Assembly (NCBI RefSeq): GCF_030028105.1
Contig: NC_092370.1
Coordinates: 236,016,005-236,080,004 of the forward strand
DNA from: Mobula birostris
Taxonomy: Eukaryota
Reading direction: 5' to 3'
Length of the DNA stretch: 64,000 nucleotides
Shown: piece by piece, positions 1 to 12,628 of the stretch
Numbering within the stretch: position 1 is the stretch's first letter
Layout: each line of letters starts with the position of its first letter
Made by a program: the position numbers and the translations under genes
The notes under the pieces: model-generated
What the model saw: only the letters and a program-made list of their open reading frames with translations
Database searches by the model: none
Told to the model about the DNA's origin: nothing

Positions 1-850
1 GAAAAATGTCGAGGCTTTGGAGCAGGTGCCGACGAGGTTTACCAGGAGGTTGCCTGGATTAGAGGGCATGTACTGCAACAAGAGGTGGGACAAACTTAAG
101 ACCATAAGATCATAAAACATAGGAGCAGAATTAGGCCATTCAGCCCATCGAGTCTGATCCACCATTCCATCATGGCTGATCCTGGATCCCACTCAACCCC
201 ATACACCTTCCTTCTCACCATATCCTTTGATACCCTGACTGGTCAGGAAACTATCACCTGCAGTATTAAGTATACCCACAGACTTGGCCTCCACCACTGT
301 CTGTGGCAGAGCATTCCACAGGTTCACTACTCCCTGGCTAAAAAAAAAATTCATTCTACCTCTGTTCTAAAAGGTCACCACGCAATTTTGAGGCTGTGCC
401 CTCTAGTTCTGAATACCCCCCACCATAGGAAACTTGGGCTATTTTCTCAAGAGCAGCAGAGGCTCAGGGAGATCCCATAGAGGTTTATAAGATTATGAGA
501 GACAGAGATAGAGTAGGTGGACAGTATCTTTTTTCCAGGGTTGAAATGTCTAATACAAGAGGGCATGATTTTAAGGTGGGGGGGGGGGGCAATTTCAAAG
601 GAGATGTGAGGAGTAAATTTTTTACGCAGAGAATGGTGGGAGCCTGGAATGCGCTGCCTGGGGTGGTGGTAAAGGCAGATACATTAGGGGTTTTTAATAG
701 AGGTTTAGATAGGCACATCAATGAGAAGAAAATGGAGGAATATGGATATTGAGTAGGCAGAAGAGTTTAGTTTAGTTAGCCATTTGATTACTAATTTAAT
801 TGGTTCAGCACAACTTTATGAGCCAAAGAGCCTGTTCCTGTACTGTTCTA
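1..850. mobile_element. Nested CR1-type LINE 3' fragments (+ copy interrupted by a - copy at about 99-432)
   Basis: CR1 ORF2 C-terminus (NTRGHDFKV...FFTQRMVGAWNALP). Repeated CATAAGA tail at 99-120. Confidence 0.8.
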
Positions 851-1509
851 TATAAAAAAAACTGTCTTAGAACATTAGAAATAGAAGTAAGAGTGCTCCA
901 ATCAATCCTTCCGTCTGTTCCAACATTCAGTAAGGTGTTGTCTTACCTCTAATCTCAGCATTACTTCACAGCACTAAACATCATTTTCCACATCTCCCTT
1001 TCCCATGACTCCTTTCCCTCCCATTTCAATTCCGCCCCTCTATCTATCTCTCCACACCCTCACTTGCTTTTCTGTTTCGTGGTTCAAATCAGAACAGAAG
1101 TAGTAATTCTGTATTAAGAATTTTACACTGAGAGTTAGCACAAATACATGTAATCATTGTTTTGACACTGAGGACAATATAAAAGGAACATGTGCGTAGA
1201 AAATTGTTCTGAATCAGTAGTGTGAGATGTGCTACATTGATTTCATTAGAATATATTTTGAAAGCACAGTACAACATGCTGAAATTACATCAAGCTGCAA
1301 GTACTGTATTCAGTACTGTTGATTTCCTGCACAAAATTTGATGAATTAGTTTCTTGGTTTTTAATATAGATAACAAACTGACTGATTTAATATTTTCTTC
1401 CGTTGATAAGCAAATGGCAGGGAAGTTTCTTCAGTAAGCAGCAGTGTAATTTATTATTTTAGTTATAATACCGCTATATTGATCTAAACATTGAGCAGAA
1501 ATAGACACA

Positions 1510-1880
1510 TTAATTTGTTACCTCCTTATGGTGCACCTCATCCTTCCCTTTATCCCATAGTCCATTCTCCTCTCCTATCAGATTCCTTCTTCTTCTGCAC
1601 TTACCTCATCCACTTATCACCTTCCAGCCTGTTACTTCATACCGTGTCTTCCACCAACCCACCTCCCTCCTCAGCTGGCTTTGCATGTCACCTGGCAGCT
1701 TGTAGTCCTCCCCTCCCCACCATCTTCTCCCTTCCTTTCCAGTCCTGATGAAGGGTCTCAGCCTGAAACATTGAATGTTTGTTCCCCTCCATAGATGCTG
1801 CCTGACCTGCTGAGCTCCTCCGCCCAGCATTTTGTGTGTGTTGCTCTGGATTTCCAGCGTCTGCAGAATCTCCTGTGTTT
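1510..1880 (+). mobile_element. Penelope-like element terminal repeat (pLTR) with decayed hammerhead motif at 1741-1776
   Basis: AGTC CTGATGA AGGGTCTCAGCCT GAAA CATT followed by the shared tail GATGCTGCCTGACCTGCTGAG...TGTGTGTTGC...CTGCAGA. Confidence 0.75.
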
Positions 1881-1883
1881 CTA

Positions 1884-3266
1884 CATTCAGTGGCCAGTTT
1901 ATTAGCTGCAGCTGTACAGCTGCTCAGTATTGAATTGACAATGTTACCTACATCCTTTATACCCAGGAGGAGAAAAATCTTTACGTTACATCTCCGTCTA
2001 AATGTGCAATGTGCAATTTATAGTAATTTATAATAAATATTGCGTACAACAGCATAGTCAATATAACATAGAAATTCGGTTGTGTCAGCATGAATTAATC
2101 AGTCTGATGGCCTGATGGAAGAAGCTGTCCCGAAGCCTGTCGGTCCTGGCTTTTATGCTGCGGTACCGTTTCCCGGATGGTAGCAGCTGAATAGTTTGTG
2201 GTTGGGGTGACTCAGGTCCCCAATGATCCTTTGGGCCTTTTTTACGCACCTGTCTCTGTAAATGTCATGAGTAGTGGGAAGTTCACATTTGCAGATGCGC
2301 TGGGCCGTCCGCATCACTCTCCGCAGGGTCCAGCGATTGAGGGAAGTACAGTTCCCATATCAGGCAGTGATGCAGCCAGTCAGGATGCTCTCAATTATGC
2401 CCCTATAGAAAGTTATTAGAATTTGGGGGCCCATACCAAACTTCTTCAACCGTCTGAGGTGAAAGAGGTGCTGTTCTGCCTTTTTCTCCACACAGCCAGT
2501 ATGCACAGACCACGTGAGATCCTCTGATGTGCATGCCGAGGAACTTAAAACTGTTGACCCTCTCAGCCCTGGATCCATTGATGTCAATAGGGTGAGCCTG
2601 ACTCCATTCCTCCTGTAATCCACACCGGCTCCTTTGTTTTTGTGACATTGAGGGAGAGGTTGTTTTCTTGACACCACTGTGTCAGGGTGATGACTTCTTC
2701 TCTGTAGGCTGCCTCATTATTATTTGAGATTAGGCCAATCAGTGTCTAATAATGCAAATGTCTAGTCAGCCAACCATGTGCCAGTCACTCAATGCATATA
2801 AGTGTCCAGATATGGTCAAAAGATTGAGTTGCTGTTCAGACCAAACATCTGAATGAAGAAGAAATGTGACCCAGGTCACTTTGACCCTAGAATGATTGTT
2901 AGCATCAGACAGGATTGTTCAAATATCTCAGAAAATGCTGATCTCCTGGGATTCTCACACACAACATTCTCTAGAGTTTACAGAGAATGGGGCAAAAAAA
3001 AAGCAGAGAGAAACAGTGAGCAGCAGTTCTATGGGCAAAAATGCTTTGCAGAGCAGACTAAAAAGGCTAAACTGGTTCAAGCTGACAGAAAGGCAGTGTA
3101 ACTCAAATAACCACACGTCACAACATGGACTGCAGAAGACCATCTTTGAACGCACAGCACATCGAATCTTGAAGTGGATGGGCTACAGCAGCAGAAGACC
3201 ATGAGCATATACTCAGTGGCCACTGTATTAGGTACAGGAGGTGCCTAATAAGGTAGCTCTGAGTCC
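1884..3266 (+). mobile_element. Tc1/mariner deletion derivative interrupted by a Rex1/L2-type LINE fragment (-, about 1975-2745)
   Basis: TIR-like CATTCAGTGGCCAGTTTATTAG at 1884 and a decayed complement near 3244-3266. HTH remnant ISENADLLGFSHTTFSRVYREW. Insert encodes LRRLKKFGMGPQILITFYRGIIESILTGCITA. Confidence 0.75.
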
Positions 3267-3814
3267 ACTTACAGAATTGGTAGGAGATGCAGAACCATTC
3301 AGATACACATCCAGAATTGTAACAGCAACAAGACTCCATTGTATTGACATTTCATTTGGGCTTTTCTCTTTCGTGCGAAGGAGGATGAGAGGCAACTTGA
3401 CAGAAGTGTATAAGATTATAGGCACAGATAGAATGGCCAGCCAGCGCCTTTTACTCAGAGCGGCAATGATCAATACCAGAGGACATTCTTCTAAGATGAG
3501 TGGAGGAAAACTTAGGGGGGGATGTCAGATGAAGGTGTGAGAGTGGAATGCACTGCCAGGGATGGTGGTTGAGGCAGATACATTAGAGACATATCAGAGA
3601 GTCCTAGATAGGCACATGGATGAAAGAAAAATGGAGTGCTATGGGCTGTATGGGAGGGAAGGGAATAAGATCGTGGAATAGGTTGCGAGGTCAGCATAAC
3701 ATTGTGGGTCAAAGGGCCTGTAATGTGCTGTACTGTTTTATGTTTATCTATCTCAATGAGTCTTTCGCTTTTACAATGACAATTGTCATATCTGTCCAGT
3801 GCACATTTGTTTAT

Positions 3815-4167
3815 AATGTGCCATGTTCTTTGACATGGGTGATCATGCTCTGTCCATGACCATGATTGTTCTTGGCAAATTTTTCTACAGAAGTGGTTTG
3901 CCGTTGCCTTCATCTGGGCGGTGTCTTTACACGACGGGTGACCCCAGCCATTATCAATACTCTTCAGAGATTGTCTGCCTGGCATCAGAGGTCGCATAAC
4001 CAGCACTTGTGATCTGCACCAGCTGCTCATATGACTATCCACCACCTGCTTCCGTGGCTTCATGTGACCTTGTGCTACACCTTGCCCAAGGGTGACCTGC
4101 AGGCTAGCGGAGGGAAGGAGCGCCTTACACCTCTCTTTGGTAGAGACGTATCTCCACCCCACCACCT
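3815..4167 (-). mobile_element. RTE-related short element (SINE-like); other pieces at about 17160-17265 (+) and 19727-19968 (-)
   Basis: Three homologous copies in the window. Contains the Bov-A/RTE-like GAAGGCAACGGCAAACCACTTC motif. Confidence 0.6.
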
Positions 4168-6449
4168 TCAATGCACATTATCACCCTCTAAAACATATCA
4201 AATATTATTAGGATAAATTCCTGTTATTCGCCTTCTAATCTTCAGGGTTACTCATTGTATAAAAGAATACCCTACATTCAATGTGATTTAATTCATAATT
4301 AGTATGTTCACTGAGAATCATACATCTGTACAGCATAAGAACAGATCCTTCAGCCAAACACATCCATGTTTGTCTACCTACACTAATCCCAATTGTTCAC
4401 ATTTGGACTAAGTTCTTCGATGCCTTCCTCAGTTAAGTGCCTGTCTAAAAGACACTTTATATTGATTATATCTGACTCCTGTGCCCCTTCTGATTTCCAA
4501 ATATCAATCAGTGTCTGTGTAAAACAAACTTCTAAATTCTCTTTGAAACTCCTTCCTTGCTCCTTTATCCTTTGCTGTCCTGTTTCTGATATCCCAACTG
4601 AGACAGAATGGGTTGGCAATGCTAATTCTCCCCCCTAACCCTGCCCCTTTGCCCGGTTAGTCACTTCTCCTCATTCTGTCCCTGGTCTAGTTTCCCCGGT
4701 AGTTCACACACTTTGCCCTCCCGTTCCGCAGTTCTTGAGAGTTCACCATTTACACACCTCAACAATAAAACAATCACTAGCTTGGCTAATCAAAACAGCC
4801 CCTTCAGCTAACGTGCTCTATTGGCTTATAACTCATAAAAATAAGGATTCTAGACACAGGCATTCCAAACAGTTTCATTCATTTTCACTCACACTGTTAC
4901 ATCAGTTTGTAGACAGTTAGAACAGCCCCAAAAGACCCAAGGGACAGTTTGGGACATACTAAAATAATGTCTGGGTTAGTGAGATCAGGTACACTATACC
5001 CTTAGCAGGCGCATTTAAACCACCAGTTCTGCTTTGCTGAGAAGTGTGGAGGTTGGATTTGATGGCTGGCGAATAGTTATATTGGAAAGTTAATGACAAA
5101 GCGTGTGTGGAGAAAACCTCAGTCTATTTGTAAATCTTTGTTCATGTTTGTTTTCATTTGTCTATTTGCAAATACTTTTGTTTCTTCACAACTTTTGAGC
5201 AGCTTTGTTTTTTTTCACACCTGGCACTAAATAAAACCCTTGCACTAATGTGCTGTGCTGGCTTACCACCTGTTTTTTCCTGTACACTTACCCACACCCG
5301 ATAGCGAGGAGTGACACCAACCATAGGAGAATAATTCTGTGTGTGTATGTGCCCTCAACCTACCCTTAAGTGGAGGCACTGGGAAAGTATTATTGATTTT
5401 CAGAATGTACAAGGCACTTGTTGGTTATTGATGTACTGTTACATTAATTTCTATCATTAAGGCTGTCTAAACAAATTATAGTGAATAAAAATATTTCATT
5501 TGGAACAACCAGGATGTCTTAGTGTGTGGATCAATGGGTAGTGTATAAGCCCAATAAATGAAGGGCAACCCTCTGAAAGGATATCAGCAATAATAAAAGA
5601 ATAATCTGCCCACATTAGGTGCCGCCTTATTTATACTTTAACCACATAGTTGGCATCAATAAAATCTGCAAATCAAGATAACCTTTGGTTTTGGAATTGG
5701 AGTAACTTTTTTTTACCTGTCATCTTGGTCATCTATAGTAGAAGTAACTGCAGGAATTTGCTCAATGTTTATTTCAGGGAAAAGTGTAACTTAGCCATAT
5801 AAGGAAAATGTTAAAGAAAACAGTTTGGTTTGCAGAATTCTCATGATATTAATTTAATCATACTATACGAAGTATATCACTGCCCGAGAATGAAGTGATG
5901 GTTATCATTTTTTTTAAGTACACAAATTATATAATGGTGATAAGAGAGATATGACCCTCTGGTCACTGTGCTTTCATCTCTGCTGCATAGGGTTAATTGG
6001 ATCCATTAGTTTCTGCTTTTCACTCCTCAGAGACTCCTAGAATACTCGTGCGATTGCATCTTATTCAGTTCACACTTTAAATCTCCTTAGATCACTACAA
6101 TCAAGGTTGCACTAAGGGATGATTTTGAAGTATTGTTTTAACAAAGCTTCCTGATTAAGTAAAATGCTTCTTTAACCCACACTAGACGGAAACCCACCCA
6201 TTTGACCTGTTGGACATGAATCATCTTTGTGGCAGTGATGCAAGCAACGATCCATGTGGTAGAAGGATAATAGAATCATCTATAACCTTCACCTAGTCCA
6301 ATAAAAACTGCCGAATGTTTTTGTTCCCAGTCAATGAATGCCTCGTAGGAAAAGAAGCAGTTTGAAAGGCCCAAACAGAACAAAAGGCCCAGCAACTAGT
6401 TGGTATCCATGACACGTCCAGGCTCTTCAACACCGTTAAGATTACCAGT

Positions 6450-6825
6450 AGCCCCTAACCTATTACCATCCCCTTCTCCCTCTCTTATGCTATCTCCTTG
6501 CCCGCCCATCCCCTCCCTCTGGTGCTCCTCCGCCCCCTTTCTTCTTTCTTCCATGGCCTTCTGTCTTTTTCACCAATCAACTTCCTAGCTCTTTGCTTCA
6601 TCCCTCCTCCTTCAAGTTTCACCTATCTCCTGGTGTTTTCCCCCTCCCCTCCCCCAATCTTTCAAATCTACTCTTCATCTTGTTTCCTCCAGTCCTGCTG
6701 AAGGGTTTTGGCCCAAAATGTCGACTATACTTTTTTCCATAGATGCTGTCTGGCCTGCTGAGATCCCCCAGCATTTTGTGTGTGTTGCTTGGATTTCCAG
6801 CGTCTGCAGATTTTCTCTTGTTTGT
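6450..6825 (+). mobile_element. PLE pLTR, hammerhead core mutated (6691-6726)
   Basis: Homologous to 19440-19726. CTGCTGA...CAAAATGTCGACT. Confidence 0.72.
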
Positions 6826-7199
6826 TACCAATAGCCCAAATAGTCAAGGACCCACCACACAGAGAGCCAAGAACAGAAGGGAGTTTATCAAGGACAGAGA
6901 GTCACAGTGCTTGCTTGAAGGAACTCTCTAATCCTAGCTCCATTACTGACTTCTGGCTACTGAGGACAAACCCTGTTTTTTGCCACAGGAGAATTATTTC
7001 TGGGATCTTCTGCAACAGTCTCTGACCAATGGCTGGAGTGCTGCTTCCTGAATTGCAGTGTGGATTCTGTTTATCCAGAAGTGATCTTGATCTTCATCAC
7101 ACAATAACTCCAAAAGAGGTGGAGGGAACACTACCTACCATATGTATGATGTTTTTGAGATATCACAACAGAAATAGAGTGGCGCACGTTTCAAATCAA

Positions 7200-7730
7200 A
7201 TCAATACTTGGAATATTGTGAGCAGTTTTCAGACCCCTTATCAAAGAAAGGATATGCTGGTGTTGGAGATGGTCTAGAGGAGGTTCATGAGAATAATTCC
7301 AGGACTTACAGAGTTAACATATGAGGAGTGTTCAATGGTTCTGGTCAGTACTTGCTGGAGTTTAGAAGAATCAGTGGGGGGAGATCATTTAAACCTACCA
7401 AATATTGAAAGGCCTTGATAGAGTGGATGTGGAGAGGACATTTCCAGCAGTGGAAGATCTGGGACCAGAGGGCACAACCTCAGAATAGAGGGGTGTCCAT
7501 TAAAACAGAGGTGACAAGGATTTTTTTTAGCCAGAGGATGGTGAATCTGTGGAACTAATTGCCACAGGTGGCTGTTGAGGCTAAGTCATTGGGTAATTTA
7601 AAGTGGAGGTTGATAGTGTCTTTATTAGTCAGGGCATAAAAGATTACAGGAATGGGATTGACAGGGAAAATAAATCAGCCTTGATTGAATGATGGAGAAG
7701 ACTTGATGGGCTGAATGGCCTAATTCTAAT
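7200..7730 (+). mobile_element. CR1 LINE 3' fragment
   Basis: PYQRKDMLVLE motif and CR1 3' UTR ending GGCTGAATGGCCTAATTCT. Confidence 0.75.
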
Positions 7731-7997
7731 CCCTCAGAAACTTGCCTCCATCCTGCATCTGCTAAATCATGGAGCATACACTGTGATTTTAACCAGTGAG
7801 CCCAGAGCAGACAATCTTAGCACAAACTCTCATCAAGCAAGGCTGCGTTATTCTCACAATCATTCACACTTGAGAACTACACCTCTTCTGCAATAAACTT
7901 GCAGCCAATGTGGACCTAATCCACAGGAAATGTGGGAAAAAGGTTAATGCATGTTGCTTTTATTCTGCCACTCTAAAACAAAGGTTATTCCAACCTC

Positions 7998-8195
7998 TAA
8001 ACACGAGAAAGTGCAGATGCTGGCAATCCAAAGCAACACACACAAAATGCTGTAGGAACTCAGCAGGCCTGGCAACATCTATGGAAGTGAATAGATAATC
8101 TATGTTTCGGGCCAAGACCCATCTTCAGGACTGAAAAAGAAGGGGGAAAATGCCAGAATAAAAAGGAAGAGGGAGGGGAAGGTGGTTAGCTGAAC
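7998..8195 (-). mobile_element. PLE pLTR fragment with hammerhead motif 8097-8132
   Basis: Reverse complement reads AGTC CTGAAGA TGGGTCTTGGCCC GAAA CATA GATT. Confidence 0.72.
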
Positions 8196-8289
8196 TTCAA
8201 TAAGCAGACAACATTTGTGTGTTGGCATGCTTTAAGACTGCTGCTACTCAGAAACAGAATCAGAATTAGGTCTATTTCTTATATGACAT

Positions 8290-11165
8290 GAAAATTATTG
8301 TTTTGCAATAATTTTGTGCTGAGAAAATTCAAGCAGTGGTGGATGATCCAAGGTCAAAAGATGTGTAGGTGATGTTTGACTTAAAGAATTCACACTTGTC
8401 ATGTTGTTCCCTGAGCCCATAATCTTCTAATCTTTATAACACTCTCTTGAGATTTTGGAGAAGTTCCTTGTCATTCTCGCTGGTAACAATGATCTCATCC
8501 AGGTAACACTGAGTGCCTGGACGCCTTGCAGCACCTGGTCCATAGCTTTCTGCCAGAGCACAGGTGCAGATACTATTCCAAAAATAAAGTCAATTATTTT
8601 GACAACGGCCTTTGTAACCGTTTATGGTGAGAAACACTTTGGACTCTTCTTCCATGTCCATTTGTAGCTGGGCCATTAGCTAAATCAACTTTGTTGTTGT
8701 TCCTCTGTGGAAAGGTCTACAAATATATCCTCTACCCAGGGAAGAGGGTATTGATCTACTTTCAGTACTGAGTTCACGGTGACCTTAAAATCACTACAGA
8801 TCCCAACAGACCCATTCTTCTTGGCTGTCAAAACCACCGGTGATACCCATGGCTCCACTCAAACTAGGAAAGAATTCCTTCTTCTACCATGCAATCTAGC
8901 TCACTGGCTACTTTATCACAGATGGTGTAAGGAACAGGACAGGCTTTGTAAAACTTCAGTGTGACAGTTTAAGTCAACGCTATTTTACCCTTGGTACGTT
9001 GAGTTCTCCAGTGTCATCCTTGGACAATGCTGTGGCATTATCCAATACCTTTCTTAATTTGCTTTTGGTTGACTTTATTCCAAGGGATCTGGCATGCAAG
9101 TGGTGGATGGATCTCCAATCAAGTTGTAGTTGCCTCAGCCAATCACAGCCCCACAATGATGGCCGTCCTGTTTTTACCACATACAAGTGCAATGAGGCCT
9201 GTTGGTTGTTGCATTTCACTGTTAAAAATATTCCCACAGGAATTACCTTTTTTCAGTGTAAATTCTTAGTTAGATATCTCCAGGCTTCAGCTCAGTATCT
9301 TTGAAATACCATTCAAACTCATTTTGTGAATGACTGATACAATCAAGCCAGCATCCAATTTCGTTTTAATTAATTCACATTTTGTGAAAGCCGTGTTGCT
9401 TACCTCTTGTTAGTTTTCACATTGTAAACCTCAAGACTACCTAATCCTGTTTCACTCTCATTACTTTCGTCAACAGCTTGCAGGTTAGTGAGTACACTTT
9501 TTGAAACTGCTACTTGACTTTTCTAGCTTTTTCTCTTTCCTGTGCAGTTCATTTATTTTAGTCTGCCTGACATGCTCTTTGTATGTGTCCTACTTTGTCA
9601 CATTTTCTGCATGTTTCACATTTAAACCTGCATTGTACTGTAGTATGTGAGCCCCTGTCACGACAGAACACTATTTGTTTTGCCAGCCAGTTTCTGTTTA
9701 GACATTGCAATTTTGTTCACACTCACTTTCATTCCTGACTGCAACTCAATTGCATCTCTGTCTGCTGTTCCCATGGAAACAGCGACTTCAACTGCTCTTT
9801 TAAATATGATTTGTGCTTCAGTTAGGTAGATTAGATTAGATTATGAGGACGCTCAGTCCTTGTTCATTGTCATTTAGAAATGTATGCATGCATTAAGAAG
9901 TGATACAATGTTCCTCCAGAGTGATATCACAAAAAAAGGACAAATCAAAGACTAACACTGACAAGACCACATAATTATAACTTGTAGTTACAGCAGTGCA
10001 AAGCAATACCATAATTTGTTAAAGAGCGGACCATGGGAACAGTAAAAATAAGTCTCAAACTTCCAATCGACTCCCAATATTCACCGATAGCAGGCAGCAG
10101 AAGGGAGAAACTCTCTCTGGCATAAACCTCCAGTTACCGACAACTGTCGATGCATTGGAAGCACCCAACCACAGCCGACCCTGAGTCTGTCCAGAAACTT
10201 TGAGCCTCCGATCAGCCCTTCGACACTGAGCACCAAGCACCATCTCTGCCGAGCGCTCGACCCTGTCCCGGCCGCCGAGCAACAAGCAAAGCCAAGGATT
10301 CGGGGCCTTCCCCTTCGGAGATTCTGGTTCACACAGTAACAGCAGCAGTGAAAAAGGCATTTCAGAAGTTTCTGCAGATGTTCCTTCGTTCTCTCACGTC
10401 TGTCTCCATCTAATCAGTATTGTGCACGGCACCCTACTTGACAGATTACAGATATCATTCACTGGAGTGGCCGCGCAAGCTGCGTCGCGCCGCCATCTTC
10501 TCCTCCTTCTTCCACAAACTAAGCAATTTGTCAGTGCATCATTAAGCTCTTCACTGAAATGACAATGCTCAGACATTTTTTCAATTCAGCCACATAAGCT
10601 GAAATGGACTCTCATTCCTTTTGATTCCACTTATGAAACCTAAAGCATTCTGCTAGCAAAAAGGTTTCAGTTCTAAACGTTCCTGCATTACTTTCGCAAT
10701 ATCAGCAAAGCTTATTTCGGCTGGTTTGGTTGGAGCAGTCAAACTTCAAAACAAACTGCATACCTTCCCACCCAATGCATTCAGTAACACTGGCACTTGT
10801 TTCTCATTGGCTACTTCATTTGCTTTAAAATACTGTTCAATTTGCTCTGTTATACAAAATCCAGTTATCTGTTATGCAATCAAGCATGTCTATTTTTCTG
10901 ATGAAGCCAACCATTTATGCTTTTTCTTTCTTTCTTTATTATTATTATCACCCAGTACTCACTGCTTATGAACTTGGGAATTTCATCCATGTGTCTGTTT
11001 CATTCTTACTATAGTGCAGCACACACAAATGGCATGGTGACATTAGTCATCCCCATACTTTTACATATAAACTGTATTGCATTATGTAGGCACCAAAGAA
11101 TGTTTAATTCAAGAATATACAGTATTTACAAAGTTACTCAAATATTGCTGAAATACTCAATACAC
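8290..11165 (-). mobile_element. Degenerate Gypsy/Ty3 LTR retrotransposon (gag-protease-RT remnants), interrupted at about 9826-10510 by a younger repeat
   Basis: Gag remnant SEHCHFSEELNDALTNCLVCG and protease remnant LYVVKTGRPSLWGCDWLRQLQLDW. RT-like remnants at 8400-8900. Multiple stops and frameshifts. Confidence 0.8.
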
Positions 11166-12084
11166 AATAGATCCGAAGGAGGAGGACTGGGCATAGGGCT
11201 AGCGTAAAAACCTAGAGCTACAGAAACTGCAAGAGAAGCTCCAAGGACCTCATGGGCTACACCAAGACACAACCTTAAAAACTGGCCCAAGACACAAGAC
11301 TCTAGCAAGATGCTATTGGTGGCCTATGCCCTTTTAGGGGTCATGGGTTTACGTAAGGGGGCTCTGAAGTAATGACTGATTTAATTTAGTTGCCATCTCT
11401 TTGTATCTTATTATTAATTCTGCAGATTGTTCCTCTTTAGAACCAACAATTGGCTTGCTAATTTTTCCTTTTCAAATATTGATAGACTATATTAGTCTTT
11501 TTATATTTATGTTTAGCTTTATTTAATATTTTAATTTTTCCATCTTAATCAATCCTTTATTCTTTTGTTGCTTCTGTCCAAGCTTCTGACCTGTCATCCA
11601 TCTTGACCTTGATATATTCCAAGGATGAAGAACCAGAGGGGACTAATACACGCAATCTGCAACAATTCTACATACAGCTTTACTTGCGTCTGGACATAAG
11701 TAAACCTTCACTGCCATCTACTGGACAAACAGCAAGGTGTTCAAAAATGGGATCACATGCAATTGTAATTAAAGCAATAAACAATCTGCTGGAGTAACTC
11801 AGTGGGTCGAGCAGCACCTGCGGTAGGTGACAAACGACTGATATTTCAGGTTGAAATGCTGCATTATGACTTCAGTTGCCCTTAACGCTCTTTTATTGGA
11901 ACATTTTCGACAAGATAATGATTAAACTCTTCTGTCTACCTTGCCTGTCACCTAAATCATGTAACATGCAAAACTTAAATTTAGTGTTTGCAATCTGTGG
12001 GATGAAGGACTAACAAGAAACTACCTGGAAGAAGGATCTCACCATGAAACATCGTCTGTTTATCCATTTCCATAGATACCAAAT

Positions 12085-12628
12085 CTGGAGTATTGTGTTC
12101 AGTTTTGGTCACCAAATTACAGGAAGGATATAAATAAGGTTGAAAGAGTGCAGAGAAGGTTTGCAAGGTTGTTGCTGGGACTTGAGAAACTCAGTTACAG
12201 AGAAAGGTTGAACAGGTTGGGACTTTATTCCCTGGAGTGTAGAAGAATGAGGGGAGATTTGATAGAGGTATATAAAATTATGATGGGTATAGATAGAGTG
12301 AATGCAAGCAGGCTTTTTCCACTGAGGCAAGGGGAGAAAAAAACCAGAGGACATGGGTTAAGGGTGAGGGGGGGAAAGCTTAAAGGGAACATTAGGGGGG
12401 GGCTTCTTCACACAGAGAGTGGTGGGAGTATGGAATGAGCTGCCAGACGAGGTGGTAAATGCGGGTTCTTTTTTAGTATTTAAGAATAAATTGGACAGAT
12501 ACATGGATGGGAGGTGTATGGAGGGATATGGTCCGTGTGCAGGTCAGTGGGACTAGGCAGAAAATGGTTTGGCACAGACAGAAGGGCCAAAAGGCCTGTT
12601 TCTGTGCTGTAGTTTCTATGGTTTCTAT
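12085..12628 (+). mobile_element. Young CR1 LINE 3' fragment nested inside a fold-back PLE remnant (about 11779-12710)
   Basis: QRRFARLLLGLEKLSYRERLNRLGLYSLECRRMRGDLIEVYK, with a TTTCTATG-type tail. PLE tail sequence stops at 12084 and resumes near 12629. Confidence 0.85.

Noticed and set aside
4080-4167. Possible HDV-like ribozyme at the 5' end of the RTE-related element
   Set aside because: I could not assemble P1/P1.1/P2/P3 pairings by eye. It needs a descriptor search.
3512-4171. 219-aa ORF
   Set aside because: It spans an RTE-related SINE and an antisense CR1 tail, with no recognisable domain.
5708-5755. 16-bp match to the ISCA2 exon 3 donor region (TTTTTACCTGTCATCT) suggesting a relic ISCA2 copy
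   Set aside because: Similarity does not extend to the GGCSGFQY codons and part of the match is a T run. Probably chance.
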